DNA of 64,000 nucleotides from Vicugna vicugna (Eukaryota): NCBI GenBank assembly GCA_013265495.1, contig MU058478.1, positions 523,349 to 587,348 of the forward strand, read 5' to 3'. Shown piece by piece: positions 1 to 11,929 of this stretch (position 1 is its first letter; each line of letters starts with the position of its first letter). The notes under the pieces were generated by a model. It saw only the letters and a program-made list of their open reading frames with translations, ran no database searches and was not told where the DNA came from. The position numbers and the translations under genes were made by a program.

Positions 1-220
1 AATTTATTGTAGATATATGTTTCTGTAAATATATATTTATTTATTGTTTATAATTATTGATAAGTATTTATTTATTGTAATATACATTCATATTTATTTA
101 TTCAATTTTATCAAGGAAACATTTACTGTAAATATATATTTTGTTATTATTTATATTTATTGCACATATATATTTATTTATATATGTTCATTTTTATGCA
201 TCCATTGTTTATTTATTTAG
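1..220. repeat. AT-rich low-complexity sequence
   Basis: Degenerate (TATTT)n/(TA)n. Confidence 0.85.
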
Positions 221-540
221 CACCAGTACGCAAAATGCCATAAAATGCAACCCTAGCTCAAATTTATATAACATAAAACTACCTGAAAGCATGAACATAT
301 GTTACTACTTGAGTCCCTCATTCAAACAATCAGGGAAAGTACAGAAATAAAATGATTCAAACACATCCATCCTCCCCAGTCCCTGTGAACCTCCTTCCTG
401 CCCCGCCGTTACCATGCTCCACCTGCAGCTCCCCTCCTCCCTCTGTACCCTCATCCTCTCTCTACCTTTGTGAAACCCCAGTTGACTTCCTCTTCCTAAG
501 CCAGCTCTGCCCCGGACCCCCATCATAAATTATCATCATT

Positions 541-560
541 ATCTCCCCCCCTTTGTTTTT
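541..560 (-). other. Retroviral polypurine tract (PPT)-like motif
   Basis: Reverse complement of atctcccccc ctttgttttt is an A-run, C, AAA, G-run, AGAT; this is the usual PPT shape of betaretrovirus/ERVK-type elements. Confidence 0.6.
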
Positions 561-835
561 AATTCTCATTCTTATCCAACGTGTAGGGTAGAACAGACAA
601 CCACACATCATGCTGTGCACAAGTCTCTCTTGTCTAGTCTGTGTTCCCTCCTTCATGGTTGACCTTTTAAGGTTAGAGGGCGTGTTCCCATTATTTCATG
701 CAGCTTCCACCGTGGCCTTCAGGTTGAATGCGCAGAGCTCAACTTTGCCTTGAGAGGTATCTTGACTCTCAGTCTCTCTTCGGGTGTGTTCATCTCAGGC
801 TCCTGGACTGTGGTTCCAATATTTCCTCTGCTTGA

Positions 836-1025
836 ATGGCTTTTATCCTTGGTCATCGCAGCCATCTCCCCTGATGGCTTTTATCCTTGGCCATTGTAAC
901 CGTCTTCCATGATGGCTTTTATCCTTGGTCATCGCAACCATCTTACCTGATGGCCTTTACCCTTGGTCATCGCAGCCATCTCCCCTGATGGCTTTTATCC
1001 TTGGCCATTGTAACCGTCTTCCCCA
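836..1025. repeat. Minisatellite, ~38-bp unit x5
   Basis: Unit TGATGGCTTTTATCCTTGG(T/C)CAT(C/T)G(C/T)A(G/A)CC(A/G)TCT..; two variants in order A-B-A-A-B. Confidence 0.95.
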
Positions 1026-2313
1026 TGCTGGTATGTTTACCTGCAATGGACATCCTGTTGGAGGTGGGGCATCCATATTGAAGGTTCCTTTGCTCTGAAT
1101 GCAGCAGGCATGCTTATGAGCTCAAACTTGCCAATCATTTTGGCCCTGGCTCACCTAATCTTTGTAAAGCTGAATGCGCACGCCACGCTGCTGGCCCGGG
1201 TGGGTGGGTCCACCGGAGCTTGGAAGACAGGCATGACTCTCAGAGCAGACGTGATTCCACAGGCGATTCTAAAGGAGAGATAAGTACCACCCAAAAGCAA
1301 CAAGACCAAAGTATTTTCAGATTTCTTGCTGCAAAAGGTAATGACAGGCAAAGCTGGTGGTCTTTATCAGCCCCTTGCCATCCAAATCTTACAGGTGTCT
1401 CTAACTGGTTCTCGGCTGTGTGGGTAATCTGCTAATGTCGTGCATCCTCTGACTTGTCTAGCTTAGCCTCAAAAAAGTTCCCAAAAGGGTCCAGTTCCCA
1501 TTGACCAGACCAGTCTTCTGATTTTCAAACAAAGCACAGGTATTTAGAGGTAAAATTCCATCCCTTCATAAGAGGAATCAGCTTCAACACAAGACTGAAT
1601 GCTGGAAAGGGAAGAGAGTGGCTGGCTACCATATACATGGTTCATAGTTATGTTTTTGCGCTTGAATACCATGCTGGTATGTTTACCTGCAATGGACATC
1701 CTGTTGGAGGTGGGGCATCCATATTGAAGGTTCCTTTGCTCTGAATGCAGCAGGCATGCTTATGAGCTCAAACTTGCCAATCATTTTGGCCCTGGCTCAC
1801 CTAATCTTTGTAAAGCTGAATGCGCACGCCACGCTGCTGGCCCGGGTGGGTGGGTCCACCGGAGCTTGGAAGACAGGCATGACTCTCAGAGCAGACGTGA
1901 TTCCACAGGCGATTCTAAAGGAGAGATAAGTACCACCCAAAAGCAACAAGACCAAAGTATTTTCAGATTTCTTGCTGCAAAAGGTAATGACAGGCAAATC
2001 TGGTGGTCTTTATCAGCCCCTTGCCATCCAAATCTTACAGGTGTCTCTAACTGGTTCTCGGCTGTGTGGGTAATCTGCTAATGCCATGCATCCTCTGACT
2101 TGTCTAGCTTAGCCTCAAAAAAGTTCCCAAAAGGGTCCAGTTCCCATTGACCAGACCAGTCTTCTGATTTTCAAACAAAGCACAGGTATTTAGAGGTAAA
2201 ATTCCGTCCCTTGATAAGAGGAATCAGCTTCAACACAAGACTGAATGCTGGAAAGGGAAGAGAGTGGCTGGCTACCATATACATGGTTCATAGTTATGTT
2301 TTTGCGCTTGAAT
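1023..2313. repeat. 646-bp direct tandem duplication (about 1023-1667 and 1669-2313)
   Basis: ORF-track entries repeat with offset 646 (1151/1797, 1220/1866); only a handful of substitutions differ between copies. Confidence 0.97.
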
Positions 2314-2734
2314 TAATCTCTAAATTGTTGCCCACCCAGTAGCCAAATTCTCTACCCTTGTGAGCGTCCAAGGCTGCAAACATTACATTATGCAATGTTA
2401 AAGCCTTGTTAAAGGGCTGACTCTTGGGTCAAATAGCAACACATCTTGGCGGGAGCATCTTCTTAAACAAACCTTGAGCAGTAAGGACAGTAGATGGCTC
2501 GGCGACAGCTCTAAGGATGTGACACCAGGAAGACGCTTCAGCATTTTGGAAGGTCCAACCACAGGAGGAGTTAAACTGAAGCCACTGTTGCCATTGGTCA
2601 CAGTCACCTTTGTCAGAACGATGGGGAAAAACATAATAATAAAAAAGGAACGCCCTCATCAAAACAATGAGGAAAAAATGGAAGAACTTAATCACGAGAG
2701 CGCGTCGGCTCCTCCCTGAGTTCCTGTGTAAATC
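1886..2734 (-). pseudogene. Decayed intronless ORF (~283 codons) for a predicted type II membrane glycoprotein with C-type-lectin-like motifs, probably retrovirus-borne
   Basis: Manual translation extending the 2429..2695 ORF in one frame: DLHRNSGRSRRAL-VIKFFHFFLIVLMRAFLFYYYVF-PHRSDKGDCDQWQQWLQFNSSCGW...CVAI*PKSQPFNKALTLHNVMFAALDAHKGREFGYWVGNNLEINSSAKT*L*TMYMVASHSLPFPAFSLVLKLIPLIKGRNFTSKYLCFV*KSEDWSGQWELDPFGNFF...SLPFAARNLKILWSCCFWVVLISPLESPVESRLL*. In-frame stops at 2429, 2294, 2288, 2171, 2078. Start codon not identified. Confidence 0.5.
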
Positions 2735-5284
2735 TCACGGGGTTTCCCAGCTCCCAGACAGTCAGGAGCAACCCCCTTTTACGCAGGTATGCCCCAGCTG
2801 TGGGTCAAGTTAAGTGATCAGACGCTGGCTTTTTAATCATGGCCCTTAACGTTGCATTTTAAAGTTTACACTGCGCTTTCAAAAATGCATGCTCTCATTT
2901 AAATTCACTTTGTCCCCATAAACTTCCATATTACCCAGAGGAGTGTCAGTACATCTTGACAGCATCTTAAGACGGAAGTGGTCACGTCGCACGATGGATA
3001 AATATAACCCTGCAAAGAGCCACTTTGGCTAATGGTTAGAAGAATGGGTGGCTTTTGTGTTTGAACTTGCAAGCAAGGACGTGATCCTAGAAAACCCATC
3101 CACCAAAGGAATGAGATAATGTTCTTCTTAATTCTGTCTTTGGTTGTTTCAAATACAGGAGCGATGTTCATCCCTGTGCAGGAATGGGAAAAAGCTGGTT
3201 GAGGCTGGAAAATCAGATTACGGTTTGAAGTAAGGGCGGAAGCGTCTTTGATCATCACCCTTATCCCCAAACCTGGAGTCACTCTGGAGGGTGGGGTTTG
3301 AGCACCGGGGTGGCATCCCCGGTGGGGACAGTGGGTGGGGGCAGTGCTGGTGGGAACAACTCATCCTGATGCTGGAGATGAGAAATGCCCTGATTGCAGA
3401 AAACCCAGCAGAAGTAGCAAAACCAAGCACGAGTCAGTTTGTTTTTATGGCCACCATGCACCTGTCACTATAAGGACTGTCAATAGGAAAATGTTTTCCC
3501 CACTAGGGCCCCAGGGGAGATTGAGAGCTGGAAGAGGACAGGTTCGAATGAAAACTTCTAAGACAGCAAAGAGCTACCCTGGAAAGTCTTTGTAAATTCC
3601 ATTCACTCCCAGTCCCTTGCAGATTTAAGGATGTATTAATCCAAATTTCCAACCGTAGGTCGCATGTATCAGGCGACTGAATGAGACCTTAAACACACCG
3701 AGGTAATTCACTTATTATTCTAATAATAAACACATTAAGTGACGACAGCTAATTTTTTCCCCCAAAGATAAAAATGATGTTATTTCAAATGTCATGTTTT
3801 GGATCTTTGAGTTTCAATCCGTAATTAATCACCCACAGTAAACTGCTTCATTACAGGTATAATTTGATCCTGTCTTTCGCTGTCAGATTATTAATGCCGC
3901 AAGCAAAAGCATGTCATTATAGAACTTACTGTGAGTATAAAATTTCTGCGAAGATGATGGGGATCTGGTTTGATGACAGAAGGGTAACTCAAGAGTGATG
4001 GAAAATGATCTAAAGGGAATCAAATAAACCATCCACCTCTTTAGCTGGAAATAAAGCCACAAGATGAGCCCCAGACTAACTTTTGGAGAAGATGGTTTCA
4101 CCTGGGAACATTTCCTTCGCCAGGAAGCAGGGTTGATCCTGGAAAAGGCAGATGGGAGACATCGCAGGTCTGCAGAGTCTGAAGCTGGGAGCGGCCTTTT
4201 CAGCTCCATCGCTCCTCCCGGCAACTCTGCCACTTGCTGGCTTAAAGGAAGCCGCTCACTTAGAGCTTTGCAGATGTCTTTGAAATCAAGGGTAATGCTG
4301 TCTGATTTATTTTCCTCTTTTCCTCTTAAATAGCGTTCAAGTGCTACAGGAATTAAGTAGTGCGTGATTTCGCCCGCTGAATTTCACAGGATGTGGAATT
4401 AATCTTCTCCTAAAGCCTGGCTTTCACCGTGTGCAACTGTCTCACTCTAGCTCAAACTGTTGAATGAAATGAATTACTGATGACAAAGCCAATATTCCGA
4501 CTCTGGTAGCTCACGGTTAGGCTGGAAGGAAAGTAATTCTATTGCAAGGAAATAAATAAATCAGTCCATAATGGGCAGAGAGATGCTCTGGGAAGAAATT
4601 TCTTTTGTTTGGGGATTTTTTGCATGCATGCACTCAGCTTCCTTTTTGTCACTCAAAGTAGGGAGGAAGAACTTGGGGGACGGGAAACACGTGTTTACTG
4701 AATTCCACTCTGTTAAGGTTGCAGATCTTCTGTAAAGGGCACGTGTCTCTTCTTGTGGACTTGAACCCAAACCCCCATCTGCCCCTCGACCATGTGTCCT
4801 AATGCTGGTCTTCTAGCATCGTAGCTGGAAGCAGGGATAGTCCAGCCCAAACACGGCCCTTCATTAAGATAAGGTTGGAGGAGTCTGGCCACCTGTGTCC
4901 ACACGCTGACAATACTCAATCTGGGATTTGGCCAAGCCTCTCCGTATGACCCCTGGAGAACCCCAGAATTATGCCCGGTCCTTAGGGAACAGCTCAGTGT
5001 CTGAACAGACACTGAGAAATTTCCAAGAGGGATGTGAGACATTCAGTATTTATTAAGGATGTTGGGTCTTTGCGTCCTTTGCTAAGGATTATAAATACGA
5101 AGCATTTGTATTTAATATTCCAAACATCACCTTCCACCTCTGATGACCATCACGTGCAAATTTGCCCCTAAATCTGGCGAGGGACCAGGTGGGAGTCAGG
5201 AGGGCAGGTGTGGTCCCGAGCCCTGCAGACGTGGAGAAGGGTGGACATTTCCTTGTCACCGCAGCGGGATCACTGGTGGATTCC

Positions 5285-5370
5285 AAGGCAGAGATGATTT
5301 GATTTGATTTGCCTTTTAAGAGATCATTCCGGCTTCCATGTGGAGAATGGACTGATGGGAAACAGCAACA
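5285..5370 (+). mobile_element. L2 LINE fragment
   Basis: gatttgatttgccttttaagagatcattccggct...tgtggagaatggactg resembles the L2 consensus. Confidence 0.55.
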
Positions 5371-6109
5371 CTTGGATTTGGTTAGGAAAATAGTGCATTG
5401 GGGGTGATGGTGGCCTGGACCGTGCTCTCTGCCCCCGGCAACATCAGTGAGTTTTGAAATAAGATCAAGTGGAGGTACCAGCCCACCCCCTTCTTTCTCA
5501 CCTCGGCTGCTCCCTGCAGGGCATCCCACTCATGTGTTGAGACACAACAGCTCCAAACGAACCCCGGGGTGAGCACGGGGCAGGGTCTCAGGTTCCCAGA
5601 GGATGTTCTAGAAAGCCAGTGGTAAGGCACAGCTAGGGGAGGGCGGGCTGGGCCTTCCAGAGCTCAGGGCGCAGAATAGGGCCACTGGCTGCCCCCCGAG
5701 CCCGTCTGCAGTAGTAACAACGGAGGTGGTGGTGGCCGTGACCTCCAGGATGCTCTTGGCAGGAGACCCGCCCACGTGAGCTGAAGCCCATTCGGCAGGT
5801 GCGTCTCTGAACGTCAGTGGTCCCCAGAGGCCCCGCATGCCGTGAAAACAGAAGGGCAGGCCCGGATCAGGCTGTGTTGAGGACACTTGAATGTTTCATG
5901 ACATTAAAGAAAAATCTCAGCACATTCTTTCTGAGCTGAGAAACTTGCTTTCCTAGAGCTCACGGACCTAACAGAATCTCCCATGTCATCAGCCAAAGCG
6001 GACAGAAGTGTCTCCTCCCTGGATTGTCATGTCGAGTTGGACATACACGTGGCCGTCTCTCTCTCTCTCTCTCGTACATGAAGGAAATAAATGATCATAA
6101 GAAAGATTA

Positions 6110-6290
6110 AGTCAGGGAACTATGTTCAATATCTTGTAATAAACTGCAGTGGAAAAGAATCAAAAATCAACAAATTCCAGATATACACATATTACGTATA
6201 ACCGAATCGCTCTGCTGTACATCTGAAACCAACACAATGTTGTAAGCCAACTCTACATCAATAAAAATAAATAAAGAAGAAATAAAGGAA
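6110..6290 (+). mobile_element. L1 3' UTR end with A-rich tail
   Basis: cagggaactatgttcaatatcttgtaataaac...ctgaaaccaacacaatgttgtaagccaactctacatcaataaaa. Confidence 0.85.
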
Positions 6291-7266
6291 GAAAGCCAGG
6301 CAAGCTGCACATTTTGAAAAATATATACGTAGGAAGTATTCAGAAAAGTATTATTTGTAATAGAGACAAGAGAAAAATAGGATCTCCTTAAATATCCAGG
6401 AATAAAGAAATGGTTAAATAAATGATGGTGAGAAATTCATATTATAAAATTAAAAAATTAAATTAAAATTCTTTTAAAGAAAACAAAATTTGATCTATAT
6501 ATATATTAAAAAAAAAAAAAGAAATGTTAAGAAATAGAAAAATGTAAGATTGAACTCTAGGTTTCCAAGGCGCATGGACTTTGCTTTGTCCTGAAAGGAG
6601 TCTGGAAATCTTCTCCCTCCCCAATCCTTCATCGCAGCCCAAATCAGAACCCGAGAGATGGAGGGAGTTAATCCCCGATCTGGGGGTCGAGAGGCGAGCA
6701 TCCGACTCCCCGTTCTTGCCATGGAGCGAATGAGTGTTCAGTTCCCTCCTGCTCCCCCCACCATCGCTACACAGGGTCACTTCTTTGCAATTATTTTGTG
6801 TGTCGTGGGCAGCAGCTGATGGCTATTATGTTTTGCTGTTTTGGAAAGGCCACCGAAAGGCCCGCTCTGCACCCCGTAGTGACCAAGGTTAGAAACAGAG
6901 GTCAAAGCATGCCTGCTGCGGGAGGAAACGCGTATTTTTATGCTCTTTTTTTTTTTCCAATTTGGCAAGCAGATGGCTGGAGCCTTAGACGAGTGCCAGG
7001 AAGAAACAGCTGGCAAATCAAAACAGACTGAAAAGTGTTTAGAAGTGCTTATGAGCATTTGGAAGAAACAACATTTTGGAAAAGGGAGGGGGGAAAAGTT
7101 CAAGCCATACTTAACATGCAGGGATGCGCTCAAAGCAGGGAAGCAGGATGCAGATTTCGTGCAGGGAGGCAGAAATCTGGAGCGGATCCCAGCTGCCCTG
7201 CAGGCGTCTGCTGGGGTGGGACGTGGTGGCCACAGCGAACACAGTGAGGTAATTCAGAGGCAGCGA

Positions 7267-7342
7267 GGGGAGGGTGCAGCTCAGCCGTAGAGGGCCTGCT
7301 TGGCACGCACGAGGTCCGGGGTTCAATCCCCGGGCCCTCCAA
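7267..7342 (+). mobile_element. tRNA-derived SINE (Vic-1-like), head only
   Basis: GGGGAGGGTGCAGCTCAG (A box) ... GGTTCAATCCCC (B box). Confidence 0.8.
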
Positions 7343-9099
7343 TTCAGAGAGAACGCAAATGGGACAGACAGAGCGAGAGAGAAGGAAAGAGAAGGCAGAG
7401 ATGCTGCTTTGCAATCTTCCCCGGGAGCTTCCCCCTGAAACTGGCCCCCATCCTCGGAGGGCAGGGAGGCGCCGAAAAAAGATGGAGACCCTCCAGATGG
7501 GGAGGTGGCAGCTTCAATAAGCAAGGGGACTGACTGACGAAAGAAAGAGTGAAGGGAAAAGTCGGGAAGATGGGGGAGTCCAAGGAGAAGGAATTTAGAT
7601 TGAGTGTCCTGGCTCCTCCCCCAGGAGCTTCCAAGATCCTCCTAACCCAATTAGTTTGTGGATTAAAGAGATGGCTGGTGGCTGGATCTCCTAGATGGTG
7701 TCAAGGTCGGGGCTGGTTTCCAGAAAGACCCCTCGTTCCTCCCCAGGCTGAATGGCTCCCTGGAGCATTTGCCCTGGAGAATCACTGATACAGAACAATG
7801 TATTTATAGCAACATGGGGGTTCCATACGGTGCACCATAAAGGGATGGAGATGGGTCATTGAAGGCAGTGCGGACAGAGAAATAAAATGTGGGGAGACCA
7901 GCAGTTCTCAGGTTAAAGATCAACCCCTGTGCCAATTTCAAACAAAATTGCAGGAGACCCAGAACCCCAGGGCTGTCTCCATTTGACGCCTAAACAAAAA
8001 TGTCGCATCAACAATTTTGCTGGGAAGAGTCTGGAATTCACAGAGCATGAGCAACATTATTATTTCAAGTCTTAAAACCTCTCAAAATCAAACGGAGCTT
8101 GTTTTGCCTCATCCGATGATCCTCCTGCCCCCACCCCAAGAGCCACGCATCCCAGGGATCTGGGACCCTGGAGCGATTCTCTGAAATCATTGATGATTTC
8201 GCTCTGGCTTGTTTGTTCCCTTTTTCTTGCTTGGACTGGATTCTAGGACCAGCCCTGACCCGTAGGAGACTCCTGATAATTTGCTGGTAATCCAGTGTCG
8301 CTGGTTGCTAACAGGCTGTGCGTATGAAGTACGTTAACTAAAGGAACTGTCAGGGATGCAGTGGGAAAGGATTCCACGTCGAAATGTTCCAACCATCACC
8401 TTCATTTCCACTTTTCTACACCATGATGAGTTCCAAAGCCGGAATGCCCTCCATACCTGGATAATTTCTGTTTGGATTTCAAGACTAAGTCCTGGTCAAA
8501 CCGCATCCAACACATGAGGATGGAGACATCGTCCAGGCTCTGCCCCAGCGGACGTCTCCCCTGAAGATAAAGGCAGGTGACTCCCAAGACCACCTTTGAA
8601 AGTCTTTATTTTGTCGTGCACATCTCCCCGCTCTGTCTTATTTCTCTCTTCCTTGATTCCAGCTTCTTACCCCCCTTTTTTTTTTTTTATTTTCCCGAAA
8701 GAGTCCAAATTCAACAGATAGTTAACATCATTGATCAGGGGTGTGGGAAAAGGATGAAGATAATGATTCTTGCAAACAAAGGCTTCCATTAAAATAGCAT
8801 CTTAACATCTTCCTGGGCAGGTGTGTGGGATAATTCACTTAAATCATCCGGCCGGGTCCAAATCTCTACTCAACAACAATGTGTTTTCTCAGCACCGGTT
8901 ACAATGAAGTGCGCAAAGGTTACATTGTTAATCTTCTCAACTTTCTTCCTTCCATGCTACACACCCCTCCACTTTGCTTTCTGCTCATCCCAGTTGGCCT
9001 GTCTGTGCTCTCCGTGGTGGAACGTGTGTCTGCGTTTCCCTCACGACCTAAATCCGAGTCATCCATCAAGGTGGCCTGTGACCTTCCCGTTGCAAAACA

Positions 9100-9600
9100 C
9101 AACGAACATATCTCCATCCTCATCTCATCACCCGCAACCAGCAGCATTTGACACACCTGGCCAGTCTTCCCTCCCTGAGATGTTCGTTCTGCTTGACCGG
9201 CCTGGGTACCACTTTGGAAATGTTTCTCCTGTTTTACTGGACATCTGTCTTCCCGGTATGCCTCTTGACTACCTTCATCTGTGGACGTCCGAGAACCTGC
9301 ACTTCCCGGGACCCAGCCCTCCTGTCCCCCACTCTTGTCAGCCAAATCCAGTCCCTCATTACCTCTTTATTAACTGTGCCCTCTGTCCCCCGACGGTCCC
9401 CCATCTGTCACCAAGTCTTCCTCCAACTTAAAAGTCATATTTTGCAGTTTTAAGACACATCTCAAAACCTGCTTACCCAAAACAAAATTCATGATTTTTT
9501 TTCCCCTTTTGACCTAACCCTTGGAAGACCATAAGACCATTTCTGTAAAAGGCAGCTCCATGCTATTAATTGGAAAGAACTCAGATTCCCTGACTTGTTT
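9100..9600 (-). mobile_element. Degenerate L2 fragment
   Basis: cagcagcatttgacac...; gacacatctcaaaacctgcttacccaaaacaaaattcatgat is typical of L2. Confidence 0.5.
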
Positions 9601-9649
9601 TTTTTTTTTTTTATGCTACATTCAAACAATCAGCAAATCCTGTCCAATT

Positions 9650-9955
9650 TCATTCACAATAGCCAAGCTCTGGAAACAACCTATGTGTCCGTTGACAGAT
9701 CAATGGACGAAGAAAATGTTAATGGAAAATTATCTGCAAAAACAGTGAATCACTGTGTTGGACACCTGAAACTAACACATTATTATAAACCAACTATACT
9801 GCAATAAAAAGAAAAAAGTGTAAAAATTAAAAAAGAAAATGTCTTGTATATGCATACACATATAAATTTGTGTGTGTATGTATATATTTTATCCTCCTTA
9901 AAAAAGAAAAGCCATCTTGATATTTGCAACAACGTGGGTGAACCGGGAAAAAATT
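9650..9955 (+). mobile_element. L1 3' fragments
   Basis: ttcacaatagccaagctctggaaacaacctatgtgtccgttgacagat (FTIAKLWKQPMCP) plus an L1 tail. Confidence 0.75.
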
Positions 9956-9974
9956 ACATTACATTGTAATGTGA

Positions 9975-10950
9975 CTGGAGAAGTTCATGGAGAATTTTTT
10001 ATTTTAACTCTGCAAAGGTTCACAGCTTTCTTCAGACAAAGTGTTTATGAGAGTTATTGAACATTAAGATGAATTTATAATTTCCCTTTCATAAAACCCT
10101 GTTTTTTTTTTCTGAATTAACTCACTTTCTCTGCCACGATATGCATCCAGTCTGTCACATGCTATCTAGTGGGTATATTTAAATTTAAAATTAGTTTGAA
10201 AACATATCTCCAAGTTATGAAACATGTGGGAAACAAACTCCATTTTGAAAATAGTTATTTGACAATGTTCTCATTGTGTGTGAGTTTGTTGCCAAAAGTG
10301 ACATGTGAAAACCACAAAAATCCTAAGATTTTCACAAGCAATAAATTGGAAACAGTTTTTCTAACTTGTTTAAAATGCTCCCAACAAAAAACTATTTGAT
10401 TTAGATTTAACTTCTTTCTTTAAAGCTTAAAAAAAAAACCTTTTTGATTAGTTTGCAATGAAAAACAACATCACAATAATATTTGCCATTAAATAATATT
10501 TTAACGAAATTAAATTTTGTTAAAAGTTTGCATAATTGGTGAATGAGATTTAAAATGTCTTTGGAAGGACCACATTTCACTGAATTAAGAAACGGTAAGA
10601 TAAAGATAACGCGACAGCTTCGCAAATGCGTTTTAAGCCAAAGCAAATAATGACATGCACCTTAAAGTATAAATTTGGCAGCAAATCTACCAAGCATGCA
10701 ATCTGTTAATAGCTGCATATCATTGTGAGGTTTTTTTTCTCTTCAGATATGACAGCCACTAATTTTAATCAATGGAACAAAGCAAACTTAGAACCAAACC
10801 TTCAATTTGCTGCCTCACATAGTGTTAAAGAAAAATACTAAACCATAATGAGGTATATTCAATCACGCTGTGCTAGAATAAAATAATAATAATGCTCACA
10901 TGAGAAATAAAGGATTTTGTACAATTAGCAAGTAGAATAGAGTATATTGA
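9975..10950 (-). mobile_element. Ancient hAT (Charlie-like) DNA transposon transposase remnant
   Basis: AT-rich decayed coding-like sequence; minus strand near 10750-10790 gives LF-H..xWLS, resembling the hAT LLxHTEVRWLSRG motif (frameshifted). Confidence 0.4.
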
Positions 10951-11929
10951 AATGTTCATTTCACTATTTTTTTAAAAGCGCCTTTTTTTTATTTCTATAA
11001 ATTGCACAATAAATTACCATTGTACACATGGATTATTTGAAATTAATCACTTAACAAGATATATATAAATTTTTAAATGCATGAATAAATAGACATAATA
11101 CGTTGGGGAAAGATTTTTTTTACCAAAAGGGATTCTCTAGTAAAATGTCCCGAGGTCAGGGGTCCACTCCCCTCCGCCTGACGTGGGGCCTCGGCCAGGC
11201 ACCTGCTGCTGCCTCCCCGTCCCCATCTGTCCTGGGCATCAGGACTCCCTTGATGTCAAGCGCAGCAGGATGGAGACCTCGGTTCCACCTGGTCTTCTGC
11301 CGTGGCTCCCCACCTTCCTTCTCCATGAATCAAGCACACCTTACTTTAGAAAGACAGTCCATGCGGACGACCCCACACGCTGCCCTCCTGCCTTCAGTCT
11401 ACCCTGGAGAGTTTCCACCACCACAGCCCACCCTTCATGTCACGTCTGGGGTCACCATCAGGCGGCCAGGCCCGGCCCGACAGGGGACAGCTGGGTTGTC
11501 TTTAAACCCCTTGACCTAGCGCAGCCGGTGGCTCTTAGAGAGTCGCTCAGTCATGCTTTTAAATGAATGGAGGGGGGGATGAGAATGCCAAAAGCAAGCA
11601 CTCCCTCCCGCTGGCTCCCTGTCATAATCCCGGGACAGGGTCATATGCCAGTTTCCTCCAGACCTGTCCCGAGGAAGGACGCTGAGACCGTAAGAAATGT
11701 CCATGACCAGAGGACTAGCAAGCGTCAGAGAGAAGGCCAAGCCACGCTGGGGCCCTCCGGCGTGTTCACGCCCCGCCACCATCGCAGACACACGGGCGGG
11801 TCACACGGGCTCAGTTCTGACGTGCCAGCTGGTGATGCAATATTGTGCGGAGAACTGAAATCAGGCGTCTGATTTCTACACCTTTACAAACACCTTGGTA
11901 TTTATAGCCGCTTATATGTGCATAATTCT

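Larger units (their letters stand above)
470..2840 (-). mobile_element. Probable endogenous retrovirus 3' internal remnant (class II-like), with polypurine tract and possibly the truncated start of a 3' LTR
   Basis: Minus-strand AAAAACAAAGGGGGGGAGAT-type purine tract at 541-560, short tandem repeats upstream of it, and an intronless decayed ORF further upstream. No recognisable gag/pol and no 5' LTR. Confidence 0.5.

Noticed and set aside
2398..2634. ORF MFFPIVLTKV...LLFDPRVSPLTRL, with a fleeting likeness to a Sag segment
   Set aside because: It is an overlapping frame of the longer decayed ORF and does not extend; likely a shadow frame.
2905..3282. 125-aa ORF upstream of the ERV-like segment as gag/pol
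   Set aside because: No major homology region, zinc knuckle, RT or integrase motifs.
8823..9431. Longest ORF in the track (202 aa)
   Set aside because: GTG start, low-complexity Pro/Ser/Leu content, overlaps an L2 remnant, no recognisable domain.
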